Positions 49,557 to 61,487 of a stretch of DNA of 64,000 nt are shown in pieces. The notes under the pieces were generated by a model. That model was given only the letters and a program-made list of their open reading frames with translations, did no database searches and was not told the DNA's origin. This stretch comes from Scyliorhinus canicula. Its lineage: Eukaryota. Location of the stretch: contig NC_052163.1 of NCBI RefSeq assembly GCF_902713615.1, positions 21,214,248-21,278,247 on the forward strand, given 5' to 3'. The position numbers were made by a program, and so were the translations under genes. Position 1 is the stretch's first letter, and each line of letters starts with the position of its first letter.

Positions 49557-50594
49557 TAATACAATCGTAACCATCCAAAGTTCGCAATATTCATATGGTT
49601 CCTGGTGCAGGGTAATTGCCCTCAGGAAGTGTGCACCTCCCAGGCAATTGCCATACAATCCTTAGCTGGGAACATCCAGGTGAGGAGGGGAGTTTCAGAG
49701 GGTAAATGCTACAACCCAGCCAGCAAAGCCACTTGAAGAAAAGTGTAGGGCAGAGACAAGGATACAACACCACTAACTTAATCCAAATCTGGAATAGCGT
49801 TTCTCATATTATTCAATTGGGCAAACACCAAACAAGATAACCTCCAGGGAATGCCAACAAAATAGCGGAATGACATTATAAATCAACTATAATAGATTTT
49901 TTTCTGGAACTGCAGCAATTCTCATTAACCTTTCCTTCTGCCAGAATCCTATCGAAGTATAAATAGAATTTTGTCCTACCCATGTGACATAACAAATGTC
50001 ACCAATTAGGAGATGACTTTAAAAGATACTGTAGAAGTGAAAGATGTGTATCGCATGTACTTACAGGGCCCAACATCCTGTCCTTAAATCATACTTACAA
50101 TTTGGATGTTTTTTTCCCATTCATACACACAGAGGATGATCTGACCACAACAAAACGTTCAAGCCCTGGCCATTTTGAGATGAAGTTCGTCACAAATGGC
50201 ACTTCATCGACATTAACATGGTTTTCTCTCTGCAGATACTGCTCGAGCCACTGAGTGATCCCAGCATTTTCTGTTTTTAATTCCAGAACCCTCATTTACT
50301 GCTGCCATGGTGGTGTATAATGTGCTGCAAGGACCGTTTTGCATTCCTTGTGCAGCCACCATTACAATACATTGCCCCCCCCCTGGAGATTTCATCACAT
50401 GGCTTCTTCCAACACTCCTGCCTTGAGTACAACACATCCATCCTCATGTCACACTGCTTTCTTCGGTCAATTGGAAAACAAAATTACACAACTGGATGAT
50501 GTTTACGGTGCGTGGAGGCCAAACAGCCTTGTCCCTCCGGCCCACCCCCTTTCCAATAATTTTGTATCTGCTAAAGAGAAATGTTTGAAGAAAA

Positions 50595-51089
50595 TGGCTG
50601 GATTCTCCGATTCTGCGGCTATGTCCGCAGGATCCGTCTGGTCTTACAACCAGAAAGTCGGCTCCACCTCCCGGCACCGATCCTCCGTCCGGTGGGAGGC
50701 TAGCAGCCTGCAGCGTAAAGCCCCCGGATACGGCTGCAGAATGGTCGGGTCCATGGCCGCCCATCCACACGTCGGCGGCCTGCGGCGGCCACGCAGAGCA
50801 ACATAGCGCCAAGCTCAGTCCGCAGCCGCTACGCGAGGTTCCCGAGCGGTGTGAGCATATGTGTCCCGTACCGTCGGGGACTCGGCACATCGGGGGTGGA
50901 GCATCAGAGGAGGGCCTCAGGTGACGTCCGAAGGCCGTCTATACAGCGTACTCCCCGCGTACACTGTTTTTGAGGGGGCGGCACATCGCAAAAATGGTGT
51001 CGCCCCCCCCCCCATTTCCGGCATAAACGGGGAATTTGCGGCCAATCACCGAACGCAAGTTCAGCATCGCCGATCAGAGAATCCCACCC
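50595..51089. mobile_element. Harbinger-like MITE
   Basis: tggctggattctcc...agagaatcccaccc. Confidence 0.7.
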
Positions 51090-51837
51090 AACATCTTTAA
51101 TGTCCCTATTGTTTTTGTCTATGGCTGCAAACAGCAGTGCCCAACAGATTGATCTTCAATTCCTTCCCACCTTCCCCTGATCACAGCTCTTCAATTCTTC
51201 CTTGGTCTCACTGAGTCCCGGGGGGACTTCATAAACCATGAAATGACATTCTAAAATCCTCACAAACATTTGCACCTGTCTAAGAATGTACCCCATCCAG
51301 CAGCTCACTGAAGGTGACATCGGAGCTCGTGGCATCCTCTTCAACACTCCTATGCACAACAAAATGCTCCATTCACAAAAAAATCAGCAGTGTGTTTAAA
51401 ACCTTATCTTAATTTGTGTATGCAACAAACGGGTGGGATTTCCTGGCCCTGCCCGCTGCTGCCCTGCTGAAACAGTTGGAGTAGACAGAAAGAAACTTTC
51501 CCCAAACCCCAGGGGTCAATATCCAGGGACAACGGCAATGGGAATCTGGAACTCAGCGCCTGAAAGGGTGGTTGAGCTGGGAACCCTCACAACATTTAAG
51601 AAACGTTTAGATGCCACAGCATATAAGGCTATGGGACTAAGTGCTGGAGAATGGGATTAGAATAGATGGGTGCTTGATGGACTGGGCAGACATGATAGGC
51701 CAACGGGCCTCTGCCTTTGTGCGGTAAAACTCTGTGATTATGACTCTATGACTGTGAACGGACTTCTGGCTCGGCTGCTGCATCCCCTTCAGTGGGTCCA
51801 GCCACGATCAAGCCCTAAAATCCCAGCCAATAACTTG

Positions 51838-52135
51838 GGCGGCACGGTGGGTACAGTAGTTAGCACTGTTGCCTCACAGCTCCAATGTCCCAGATTCGAT
51901 TCCCGCTTGGGTCATTGTCTGTGCGGAGGGAGTCTGCGCGTTCTCCCCGTGTCTGTGTGGGTTTCCTCCGGGTGCTCCGGTTTCCTCCCACAAGTCCCGA
52001 AAGACGAGCTGTTAAGTGAATTGGACATTCTGAATTCTCCCTCTGTGAACTCAGACAGGCGCCAGAGTGTGGTGATTGGGGGCTTTTCACAGTAACTTCA
52101 ACGCGGTGTTAATGTAAGCCTACGTGTGACACTAT
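51838..52135 (+). mobile_element. tRNA SINE, third tail subtype
   Basis: Homologous to 8124-8418. Confidence 0.85.
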
Positions 52136-52205
52136 TAAAGATGAATATTCAGGCAGCAACATTTAGACATTCCATTGTTCGAAAAAATAAAAACAATGTG
52201 CAAAG

Positions 52206-52625
52206 GACGGCATGTGATGCAGTGGTTAGCACTGGGACTGCAGCGCTGAGGACCTGGGTTCGAATCCTGGCCCTGGGCCACTGTCCGTGTGGAGTTTGCA
52301 CATTCTCCCCGTATCTGCGTGGGTTTCACCCCCACAACCCAAAGATGTGCAGGATAGGTGGATTGGCCACGCTAAATTGCCCCTTAATTGGAAATAAAAT
52401 GATGCGCTGAAATGAATTTCCTTTTTTTAAATAAATCTTTTCCAATTAAGGGGCAATTTAGCATGGCCAATCTACCTATCCTGCATATCTTTTTGGGTTG
52501 TGGGGGTGAGATCCACGCAGACATGGGGAGAATGTGCAAACTCCACACAGTGACACGGGGCCAGGATCGAACCTGGGTCCTTGTCGCCGAGAGGGAGCAG
52601 TGCTAACCACTGCGCCACCGTGCCG
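52206..52625. mobile_element. Tail-to-tail pair of HE1-type SINEs
   Basis: Plus copy about 52206-52395, minus copy about 52420-52625. Confidence 0.8.
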
Positions 52626-53318
52626 TCCTCTCTGAAATAAATTTCCACTTACAAATGCCATTCGTCAAATGAAAACCATCAGCTACAACTTTTTCCAAAG
52701 ATGTTTTTCTTTCCCAAACTGAAATCTATCTCCAGAGTCTCGTTTAATAATCTGGCAGATAGCTATTAAGAAGTAATCTTATCGATTTATGGTGGAAAAT
52801 AATATTGTGGTTTTTGTTTTTTCCTGAGAGCGACGTCGAGGTTAAAGAAATAAAATATGCCCCATCTGCATTTTTAGTGCAGTGGATTTATGCTGTGAAG
52901 TAAAATATGACTTTGATCCGAAGCATCGAATGTCCTCTGCAGTTCTCAGCAGTGATAAGAAAATACTGACTTTCATCTCCACCAAAACATCATGTTGTTT
53001 GCCAGCTCCGAGCGAAGGTGAAAATGCCCTTTTGCAAAGGAATACATAAGTGCCCAGCAACTTCACAGGCAAACTCTGATCGCACAACCCAGTGACAAAG
53101 AAGTATGGTTTTATGACGGATGTCCCTTATTTGACAAAGCGATTTGAAGCAAACATTTGTATCCGCAAGTTATACGTGGTGACCAAGCTGGGGAAGAAGG
53201 CAACTTAAAAGTAGACTGGTTCGAAATCTTTTACTCAATAATTGCCTCATGTTCAAATCGACCTCAGGCGTGCTTTGCACAGCTGTTGACACAGGCCCTG
53301 CCAAAATGGTGCATTGAG

Positions 53319-53559
53319 GGGTGGCATGCGATGCAGTGGTTAGCACTGGACTGTGGCGCTGAGGACCCGGGTTCGAATCCCGGCCCTGGGTCACTGTCCG
53401 TGTGGAGTTTGCACGTTCTCCCCATGTCTGCGTGGGTTTCACCCCCACAGCCCAAAGATGTGCAGGATAGGTGGATTGGTCACGCGAAATTGCCCCTTAA
53501 ATTGGATAAAATATATAATTGGGTGCACTAAATTTATTTTTTAAAAAGGAAAAAAAAAG
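53319..53559 (+). mobile_element. Poly(A) HE1-type SINE
   Basis: 14-bp TSD aatggtgcattgag at 53305-53318 and 53560-53573. Confidence 0.9.
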
Positions 53560-54314
53560 AATGGTGCATTGAGATCCTTGTCTCAGCAATGATGGAGGAC
53601 AGATGACTCCATTGGTTTCCAATTTATTAACCAAGGGCAACCACAGGTGTCACTGGCTGCACTTTCCCCCATTAAGATATTTAGTTTTCAAAGCAACGCA
53701 GGATTTTTAAAAATTGGCCAAGTAAAACATCAAACAATTCATACACCAATCAATTCATGGTAATGCTCTGGGAATAGAGAGTAAGTCAAACCCAGGCTGT
53801 CGAGGAATGTGGAGCATGGGTCAGGCTGAAAGGAAAAAACACTAGATAGTGTTGTGGGGGGGGGGGGGGGGGGGGGTGCAGTATCACGGGAGGGGCAAAA
53901 AGGCCTGAAAAAGTGTCCAGATGGAAGTGGTCAGACTGACAATTTGGTGTGCTGTTTGTGCAATGCTTACAAAAAAAAAACATTTAGTGTCACATGTGTG
54001 CTTTTTACTGTCATGTAGTAGGGGAGAATTATGAGGTGGTGGGCGAATAGGACAGTTCGGAGCTGGGAGCACGCCAAGCAGAAAGACAAAGGCGTGTGGT
54101 GAAGGACAGGGCATGGACAGGATGAGAGAGCGACAGGACCCAGAAACCCAGTGACCCCTGCCGACATTTGGGTTGCGACACACAAAAATAAGTATTTTTG
54201 AGAATCATTTCCCACATTGGAGAGCTAAAATCAGGAAACCTCCGCTACCCAATGAGAAAGGGGCCAGCATAAGATCCCCTAAAGCAGCTGCCTCTGGGTG
54301 GTCGGCATTCGTGC

Positions 54315-54945
54315 CTCAGCTGTTGCCACTCTCGCACCTGAGCCAGAAGGTTGTGAGTTCAAGTCCCACCCACTCCGATGTGGCTGGTACTCCTCCACTG
54401 CATGAATTAAGGGAGGCACTGTGTTGGAACCAACAATTCTACGGACACGTGCTTGTAGGATTAGAATAGCGGTTTTAATATACTTACAACAGAGCCAGCC
54501 TGTTAGCCGTTGAACTTTCGGTGAACTGGCTGGCTGACTCTGTGGCACGGATCTTTATACAGCAGCTCCAGGAGGAGGAGTTCTGGGCGGAGCCAAGGGA
54601 GGAGCCGAGTACAAACTCTCGAGTACTCCCAGAGCTACTCCCCCTGGTGGTCAGGTAGTGCAACTGCACTTACAATATTGATACATGTATCTACTTGGAA
54701 CAGAGTGACATTGGTAACTATAATGCCATGTGAATCTCATTCACCACACACTGTTATTGCCCTCTCAGATGGATGCAAAAAAAAATCCCATCAGCAGGAT
54801 AGTTATCCCTGGTTTCCTATCCAATATTTCTCTCATTCAACATCACAAAACATATCATCTGCTCATGACAAAACTTCAAAAGATACTTCATTGGCTGTAA
54901 ACCGTTTTGAGAAATCCACAGGTCATGAAAAGCATAATAAAAACA
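54315..54945 (+). mobile_element. Deu-domain SINE (SacSINE1-like) interrupted by a solo LTR
   Basis: Head ctgagccagaaggttgtgagttcaagtccca; tail tacttcattggctgtaaa. Confidence 0.6.
54450..54748 (-). mobile_element. Solo LTR, about 300 bp
   Basis: TG...tcaccaCA; same layout as 4028-4298; imperfect TSD cacg/cact. Confidence 0.65.
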
Positions 54946-55039
54946 CTTAAGTAGGGAAAACAAGATGGTCACCACCAACTTGAGTAGCTATGGGCAATAC
55001 GGCATGATTTTGCAAGGTAAAAATTATTTTCATTTGCAT

Positions 55040-55527
55040 GTACATAGGAACCGGAGCAGAAGTAAGCCACTTTAACACTGCTGCACCATTTTTTAAGATC
55101 ATGGTTGATATTTTTGTGTTTCTCGTTCCACATTCCTATCTACGCCTGATAACCTTTGACCCCCTTGAATAACAAGAATCCTCCTCCAATGATCATTAAC
55201 TGCCTTCTGAGGCAGAGTTCCAAAGTCTCACAACCATCAGAGAAAAATAATCCTCCTCATTTCTGTCCTATAGAGGCAATTCTAATTTTAAAATAGTGCC
55301 CCCTTAGTTCTGGACACGCCAACCAGAGGAAAGATCCTTTCCACGTCCGCATTGCCAAGACCATTCAGGATCTTATATACTTCAATCCAGTCACCCCTCA
55401 CTCCTCGAAAACCCCAGTGGAAACAAATCCAGTCTCTCCAACCTTTCCTCATTAGACAACCCACTCATTCCAGGTATCGATCGAGTAAACCTCCTCTGAA
55501 CTGCCTCCAACATATTTACATCCTCCC
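55040..55527 (-). mobile_element. Decayed CR1 3' fragment
   Basis: gcagagttccaaag...cccttagttctgga...gtaaacctcctctgaactgcctcc. Confidence 0.7.
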
Positions 55528-55788
55528 TGTTATAATCTGCCTGCTCACCACTGGCTGGGGACTAATGGCAATCCCACAATCCTTAGGGAGTATGAGCTTC
55601 CCCAATGAAGGGGTGGAGAAATCATCAGCAGAGTCCCTGCATAAATAGAGCTGGCCAGTGTGGAACCAGCTAGAGAGGAGTGAGCAGCAAGAGAGTACTG
55701 CTGTTGTGTATATATATGTAATTGTAAATAAATGTTATTTCTTTGTATTCTACAAACTTGTGCTGAATTCTTCGTGGCCCTCACAAAA
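55528..55788 (+). mobile_element. Solo LTR, 261 bp
   Basis: 5-bp TSD ctccc at 55523-55527 and 55789-55793; empty site visible in the right arm. Confidence 0.88.
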
Positions 55789-56582
55789 CTCCCTTAAATA
55801 AGAAAACCCAAAACAGTATTTGGGAGTATTTGAATGTATATCTTGACTGCAGTTTCACAGCTTAATTTGGACAAAAAGATTTACAGTGAGCCAAAGATGG
55901 AAATGTTAGGGGAAGTGACTTAGAGGAGAGAAAGGTGAAGGTTTAGGGAGGGAATTCCTGTGGATCAGGCCCAGCGCTGATGTCACAGCTGCCAATGGTG
56001 GGTCAAAAGAAGTTGGTGTTGCACAAGAGGCGGGAATTTGGGAAAGATAGATCATTAGAGGGCTTCAGATTTGAGAGATAAGACACAGCAAGTCCATGAA
56101 CAGATTGGGAAACAAGCACGAGAATATCTGGTGATACTTGGAGGTGCATGAGATGGTGGCAGAGAGGGGCATGGAAGTTTACTTTAAAACTGCCCTCCAA
56201 ATGATTCTGACGTGATGCCATGCTTGAAGATACCAATAAGTCTGTTTGCCCCATAAACTCTATTGCACCTACACTCACGATTGGTACACAGCTGTCAACA
56301 GTTGCACAAGAAATACAGCCTCCAAGAGAATCTCTTTGTATTTTTCAATGGAGCGGTAAGTGAGATGGAAGATGTTGTGCCAAGTAGGAAAACAAAGAGA
56401 ATGGTTCTTATAGAATGTGGCTGTGGGCAAGAATTCAGAATGAGGAGATCATGATGGTCTTCCTTGTTAACACATACCAAGCTGATTGCTGAAGTCAAAA
56501 ACGAACCATAAAGCTTTTCTTCACTAAGGGAGCTTGTTGACTTTGTTCAGTCTCATAGCTCTCCTTCCAACATCCAATGTCG

Positions 56583-56619
56583 CAGCTGTCCCCTATTTAT
56601 ACGTGATCAAAGTCTTGAA
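56583..56619 (-). promoter_or_regulatory. Candidate TATA core promoter, left copy
   Basis: Minus strand CTTTGAT-cacg-TATAAATAG-ggga-CAGCTG; donor CTTG|GTATGT at 56478/56477. Confidence 0.5.
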
Positions 56620-56849
56620 ACAATACCCTTCACCTGTATATCTTACCAATACAAACAATGTAATTAACATACAATTAACAGTCTTTCCCAATCCTGAAAT
56701 GGTAGAATTGAATCCAAAATCTGTGAAGCCTATACACAAAATATCGCATTCAAGGTGCTGCATGAATGCAAACTTTTTTCCTTCCAAGATTCTTCAATGG
56801 TTCCCAGATCTACTGTAAGTTGGTACCGTTCAGCTGGTTTTAGCTTCTT

Positions 56850-57060
56850 CATGAAATCCCGCCCCGACGCCGTCTTCTGTATTCTCAGCGCGGTTTTTGG
56901 GCGGGGTGCGGGGTCCACGCCACGCCGGTCGGGGGCCGTTAGCAGCGGCCCCCCTAGCAATTCTCCGGGCCCCGACGGGCCGAGCGACTGTCTGTTTTTG
57001 GCCAGTCCCGCTGGCGTGGATTAGACATGGTCCCACACAGCGGGACCTGCCATCTTTCCT
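56850..57060. mobile_element. Truncated Harbinger-like MITE
   Basis: Matches 6850-7000. Confidence 0.65.
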
Positions 57061-58417
57061 CCCAGGGCTGACTGTTACATGGGGCGGGGAGGTAGCGAAA
57101 GACAAAATAACAAATTAACAGGATTTGTGCTGGTGGGCAGCGAGTCTGCATTTATTTGCAGTTTAATTTGAATTGCTTGTCTGAAGAGGGGCTGGCTCTT
57201 CAATAAGACCGGTGACATGGCAGAATTCACGTTACGTTGGGTCAGTGGGTGGAGGAAGTGGTTGCGCCTCAGGAAGCCTGGAATGTTTAATAATGACGCA
57301 ACTCATTCCCACAGCAGATTCAAGGCAAAGTCAAACTAATGAGTTGGATCATTGATGTTGCTGATAGTCTAAGATTGTTCCGAAAAGGCATCCAGGAGAC
57401 ACTTTCTATTTATACAAAAACATGCTGAGTAAAACTATCTAATTAGTGAATGCATTATGGTTAGGGACATATAAAAAGACTGACAGAATATTGTACACTC
57501 CTCGATGATACTTGTTGAACGTGTCTAAGTGAAAGATTTAAAAATCTGAGGGGGTTACTGTCCGAGACTTAGATCAATGAAGTGGAATGGAAACTGGATG
57601 AGGTCATCGTTACTTTCATTTATGCCATAATTCGCTCTAATATTGACACACAGGTTGCTAACTTCATTGAAATCTGCTTCAAATTTAACTTTTGGATTAT
57701 AATTTCAATCATGATAATTGCTGTATAATTATATAATGTAAACTCATTATTTTCATAAGTTACCTTCATATTAATTTCTTATTTGAGGCAACGGTAACAA
57801 TTTCATTCCTATCTAGGAAAAGAAGCTAAGTGTAAACTTTATTGAATCAACTCGTGAACAGCATCATTCGCAGGCACAATTTGAAAATGTTTGCCCCGAG
57901 ACATCTTGTTTCGAGTGCTAATCACTTTCACAGTTCAATGTTATTTGAATCCGTTCATCTGTCTCAGTGCTTTATGAATGTGGCTGCGTTGTTGCAACAG
58001 TGCTGCTAACTCCTCTGAAAATGCAAATTAGAATTAATCACTCACTCGTGTCTCCACAAATATCGGATTAAAATCTTGGAAACCACCAAAATACAGTCTG
58101 CAATAATAGTCACAAAGATTGAAATTTTGACCAGACGGAGATTACAGAAATGAGAAATGGGAGGGTTTGTAAGGCAACTTCTTAAATTATATTCTATACT
58201 TGCGTATCAAACATAAATACCTACCAGTTTTATAGCTCTCACATAGTGAGTGAGGCAAACTGGTTTGGAATTAAAAGATGCACCAAAAGAGGCTAGAATA
58301 TTAAATCAGTTGATATTGAAAAACAACGTTTTTTGCTGATTATTAAAGAATCACAAAGTGTATCACTGGTGTTCAACCCAGAAGTACCAGTCAATATAAC
58401 AATGGAAAGAGTATTGC

Positions 58418-58454
58418 TTCAAGACTTTGATCACGTATAAATAGGGGACAGCTG
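58418..58454 (+). promoter_or_regulatory. Candidate TATA core promoter, right copy
   Basis: TATAAATA at 58436-58443; 37 bp identical to the left copy; donor CTTG|GTATGT at 58560/58561. Confidence 0.5.
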
Positions 58455-58626
58455 GGACACTGGATGTTGGAAGGAGAGCTATGAGACTGAAGAAAATCAA
58501 TAAACTTCCTTGATAAAGAAAGGATTTTGCCGTTCATTTTTGACTTCAGCACTCAGCTTGGTATGTGTTAATGATGAAGACCATCATGATCTCCTCATTC
58601 TGAGTTCTTGCCCACAGCCACATTCT

Positions 58627-58871
58627 ATTTTTTTTAAATTTAGAGTACCCAATTTTTTTTTCCAATGCAAGGACAATTTAGCCTGGCCAATCCACCTAAC
58701 CTGCACAACTTTGGGTTGTGGAAGTGAAACCTATTCAGACATGGGTAGAATGTGCAACTCCACACGGGCTGTGACCCAGGGCCGGGATTCAAACCTGGGT
58801 CCTCAGCACCGCAGTCCCAGTGTTATTCACTGCGCCACATGCTGCTGCTGCCGCCCCCCCCCCGCCCACCC
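58627..58871 (-). mobile_element. Poly(A) HE1-type SINE in the right arm only
   Basis: TSD cagccacattct at 58615-58626 and 58872-58883; empty site in the left arm. Confidence 0.88.
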
Positions 58872-59619
58872 CAGCCACATTCTGTAAGATCCATCCTCTT
58901 TTTTCTTCTATTTGGCGCAACATCTTCCATCTCACTTACCGCTCCATTGAAAAATACAAAGAGATTCTCTTGGAGGCTGCATTTCTTGACAGCTGTGTGC
59001 CAATCCTGAGTGTAGGTGCAATAGAATTTATGGGACAGACAGACTTACTGGTATCTTCAAGCATGGCACCATGTCAGAACCATATGGACGGCAGCCTCAA
59101 AGAAAACGTCCATGCCCCACTCTGCCGCCATCTCATGCACCTCCAAGGATTACCAGATACTCTTGTGCTTGTTTTCCGATCTATTCATGGCCTTGCCGTG
59201 TCTTATCTCTCAAATCTGCAACCCTCCAATGATCTATCTTTCCCAAATTCCAGCCTTTTGTGCAACACCGACTTCCTTTCTCCCACCATTGGCCGCTGTG
59301 ACATCAGCTCTGGGCCTGATCCACAGGAATTCCCTCCCTAAACCTTCACCTTTCTCTCCTCTAAGTCACTTCCCCTAACATTTCCATCTTTGGCTCACTG
59401 TAAATCTTTTTGACCAAATTAAGCCATGAAACTGCAGTCAAGACGTACATTTAAATACTCTCAAATATTGTTTTGGTCTTCTTATTTAAGGGAGGATATA
59501 AATATGTTGGAGGCAGTTCAGAGGAGGTTTACTCGATTGCTATATAGTCTGCTGTACAGGCCCGTGTAGCAGTGGGGGGCCAAGAATATTACTATTAAAT
59601 TCTTCCATTTATGTCTCTT

Positions 59620-59770
59620 TTTAAAAAAATTCAGGGGCAATTTAGCATGGCCAATCCACCTACAACGCAGACATGGGGAGAATGTGCAAACTCCACACGG
59701 TCAGTGACCCATGGGCGGGATCGAACCCGGGTCCTCAGCGGCGTGAGGCAGCAGTGCTAACCACTGCACC
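59620..59770 (-). mobile_element. Internally deleted HE1-type SINE
   Basis: ggggcaatttagcatggccaatcc...gcagtgctaaccactgc. Confidence 0.75.
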
Positions 59771-60334
59771 CTATTTAGGTCTTTTTTTATCACAAAAGTC
59801 TTGCCTGACAAAATGTATAATCACTTTCAGGGGACTGATTGAGAATTTGCATGATAGGATACATGCAGTTAGTGAACATCTCTTATGCAGGGCTGTGAAT
59901 TATCTTTGTGTAGCGACAGTGTACTCAGCAATACCCAGTGCGACAGTGTGCTTCCAGACATAAAACAAACCTGGCCTCTGTACAAATACATAATTTTGTA
60001 ACAATCACAAGTGATGAGGATTCTGAGCTTCCATGTCACGAAGCCGCAACCTTGGGGACCAGTTCCGTGTCTAATTGTATTGAGGGCTGGCTCCAAGCAA
60101 GTCAAACACTGATTCCCACTTGAGATGGTTACATCTCCCCTCTCTGTGAAGGAGATACGTACTTGCACAGCCACAGGCTGGCAAACATGGAGAATGCAGG
60201 GCAGCAGATGCGCTACACACAACATTCAGTTTGGATAGCATAACTGCCACACTTTCGTTAGGCATCGAGGCACATTTTAAATTAAAGTTGTTATTATTGC
60301 TTTGAAGATCAGTGGTGAACATTGTTTTTTCAGA

Positions 60335-60875
60335 CTGGGAAGAAATAAATAAGTGGTAACGTCCGGAGCCAGTGTTCGGATCACTGTTCTTTCCGGCACA
60401 GATTAATGACCTAAAGTGGAATATACAGTGCACCATTTCAAAGTCTGTAGGTGGTGCGAAACATGGAAATGTAGCCAATTGGGAACAGGATTATCGGGAG
60501 GACATTGGTGGAAAGACGTATTTTGAAAGGAAGATTGAGGAGAGGCAATCTGAAAGAAAACATATAATGTTATAAATATGCAGGAATAGAAGACCTGACC
60601 ACGTATTTTACGAAGACCTCTGAAGGTGGACGGGGCAGGTTGAAGACATAGATCCCGGGCTTTATAAACAAAGATGTAAAGTACAAAAGCAAGGAAGTTA
60701 GATGAAATCTTTATAAATCACTGGTTAGGGCCCAACTCATATTCGATTTGAGACACCACACATCCGGAAGGTCTCGAAAGAGTTCAGAGGAATTGTACCA
60801 GGGATACAGGACTTCAGTTACGTAAAGCGTGTACAGAAGCTGTGGAAACAGGGAAGATTACCAAGAGATTTAGCC
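60335..60875 (+). mobile_element. Old CR1 remnant
   Basis: gtacaaaagcaaggaagtt...ttataaatcactggttaggg, encoding a YKSKEV...YKSLVR-like motif. Confidence 0.6.
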
Positions 60876-61487
60876 GAGGGGCTGTAACTTTTGACATTCC
60901 CAGCATCACAATGGGGAGGGGGTTCCCCAAAGAATTACCTTTGGAAGTTCCAAAGGGAAGGTTTGCAAGGCAATTATTCAAAGTGCAAGCTTCCCCCAGG
61001 TAATAGCTGCCACCTGAAAATGTGATTTAAATGGCGAACTTTGGATGGTTCTGGCTGGATGACACCAATAGTTATCCAGAAAATGCTGTCACAACCAACG
61101 CCTGGGTAACTGTTGCACCAGGAACTCCTTCCACATCCTTGATTTCCTCCCTCGAGGACCCTCCAGCCTCCAATTACCCTCCCCTCCCATGGGGCTCCCA
61201 TCACCCCCCTCTTCCACGATTCTCCCAATCCCCTTGACTACTCCAACCGCAGGAATTACACCACCTCCGTCCACATTTCTGACACCTCCGTGGTCTTCCC
61301 TGCCTCACATTCCCCACGACACCCACCTCCCACCCTTCAAGGGTCTCATCAGCACCCCCCACCCACATGGAACACCTCTCACTATTCCCACCGGCCCAAC
61401 TCTCACCCCCCCCCCTTCAAGTTCCCACCCATCCCACCACAAGATCAGATCCACCTCCACCCTCCTGAGCCCCAAAGACCCGTTACA

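Larger units (their letters stand above)
55480..56630 (-). repeat. Left arm of inverted duplication
   Basis: Reverse complement aligns to 58407-59537; ORFs 56003-56278(-) and 58820-59341(+) share a peptide. Confidence 0.95.
58407..59537 (+). repeat. Right arm of inverted duplication
   Basis: Reverse complement of 55480-56630. Confidence 0.95.

Noticed and set aside
50185-50288. Possible second PLE-type terminus with a hammerhead
   Set aside because: Tail resembles such elements but no CUGANGA/GAAA core remains
52809-52850. GGTTTTTGT as a V(D)J recombination nonamer
   Set aside because: No heptamer at 12- or 23-nt spacing and no Ig/TCR segments nearby
58820-59341. Paralogous ORFs in the two arms (173 aa and 91 aa) as a duplicated protein gene
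   Set aside because: Starts inside a SINE, runs through old LINE-like sequence, is truncated in the other arm and resembles no protein I know
59860-60240. Candidate second exon for the right-hand promoter
   Set aside because: No convincing acceptor/donor pair or recognisable peptide
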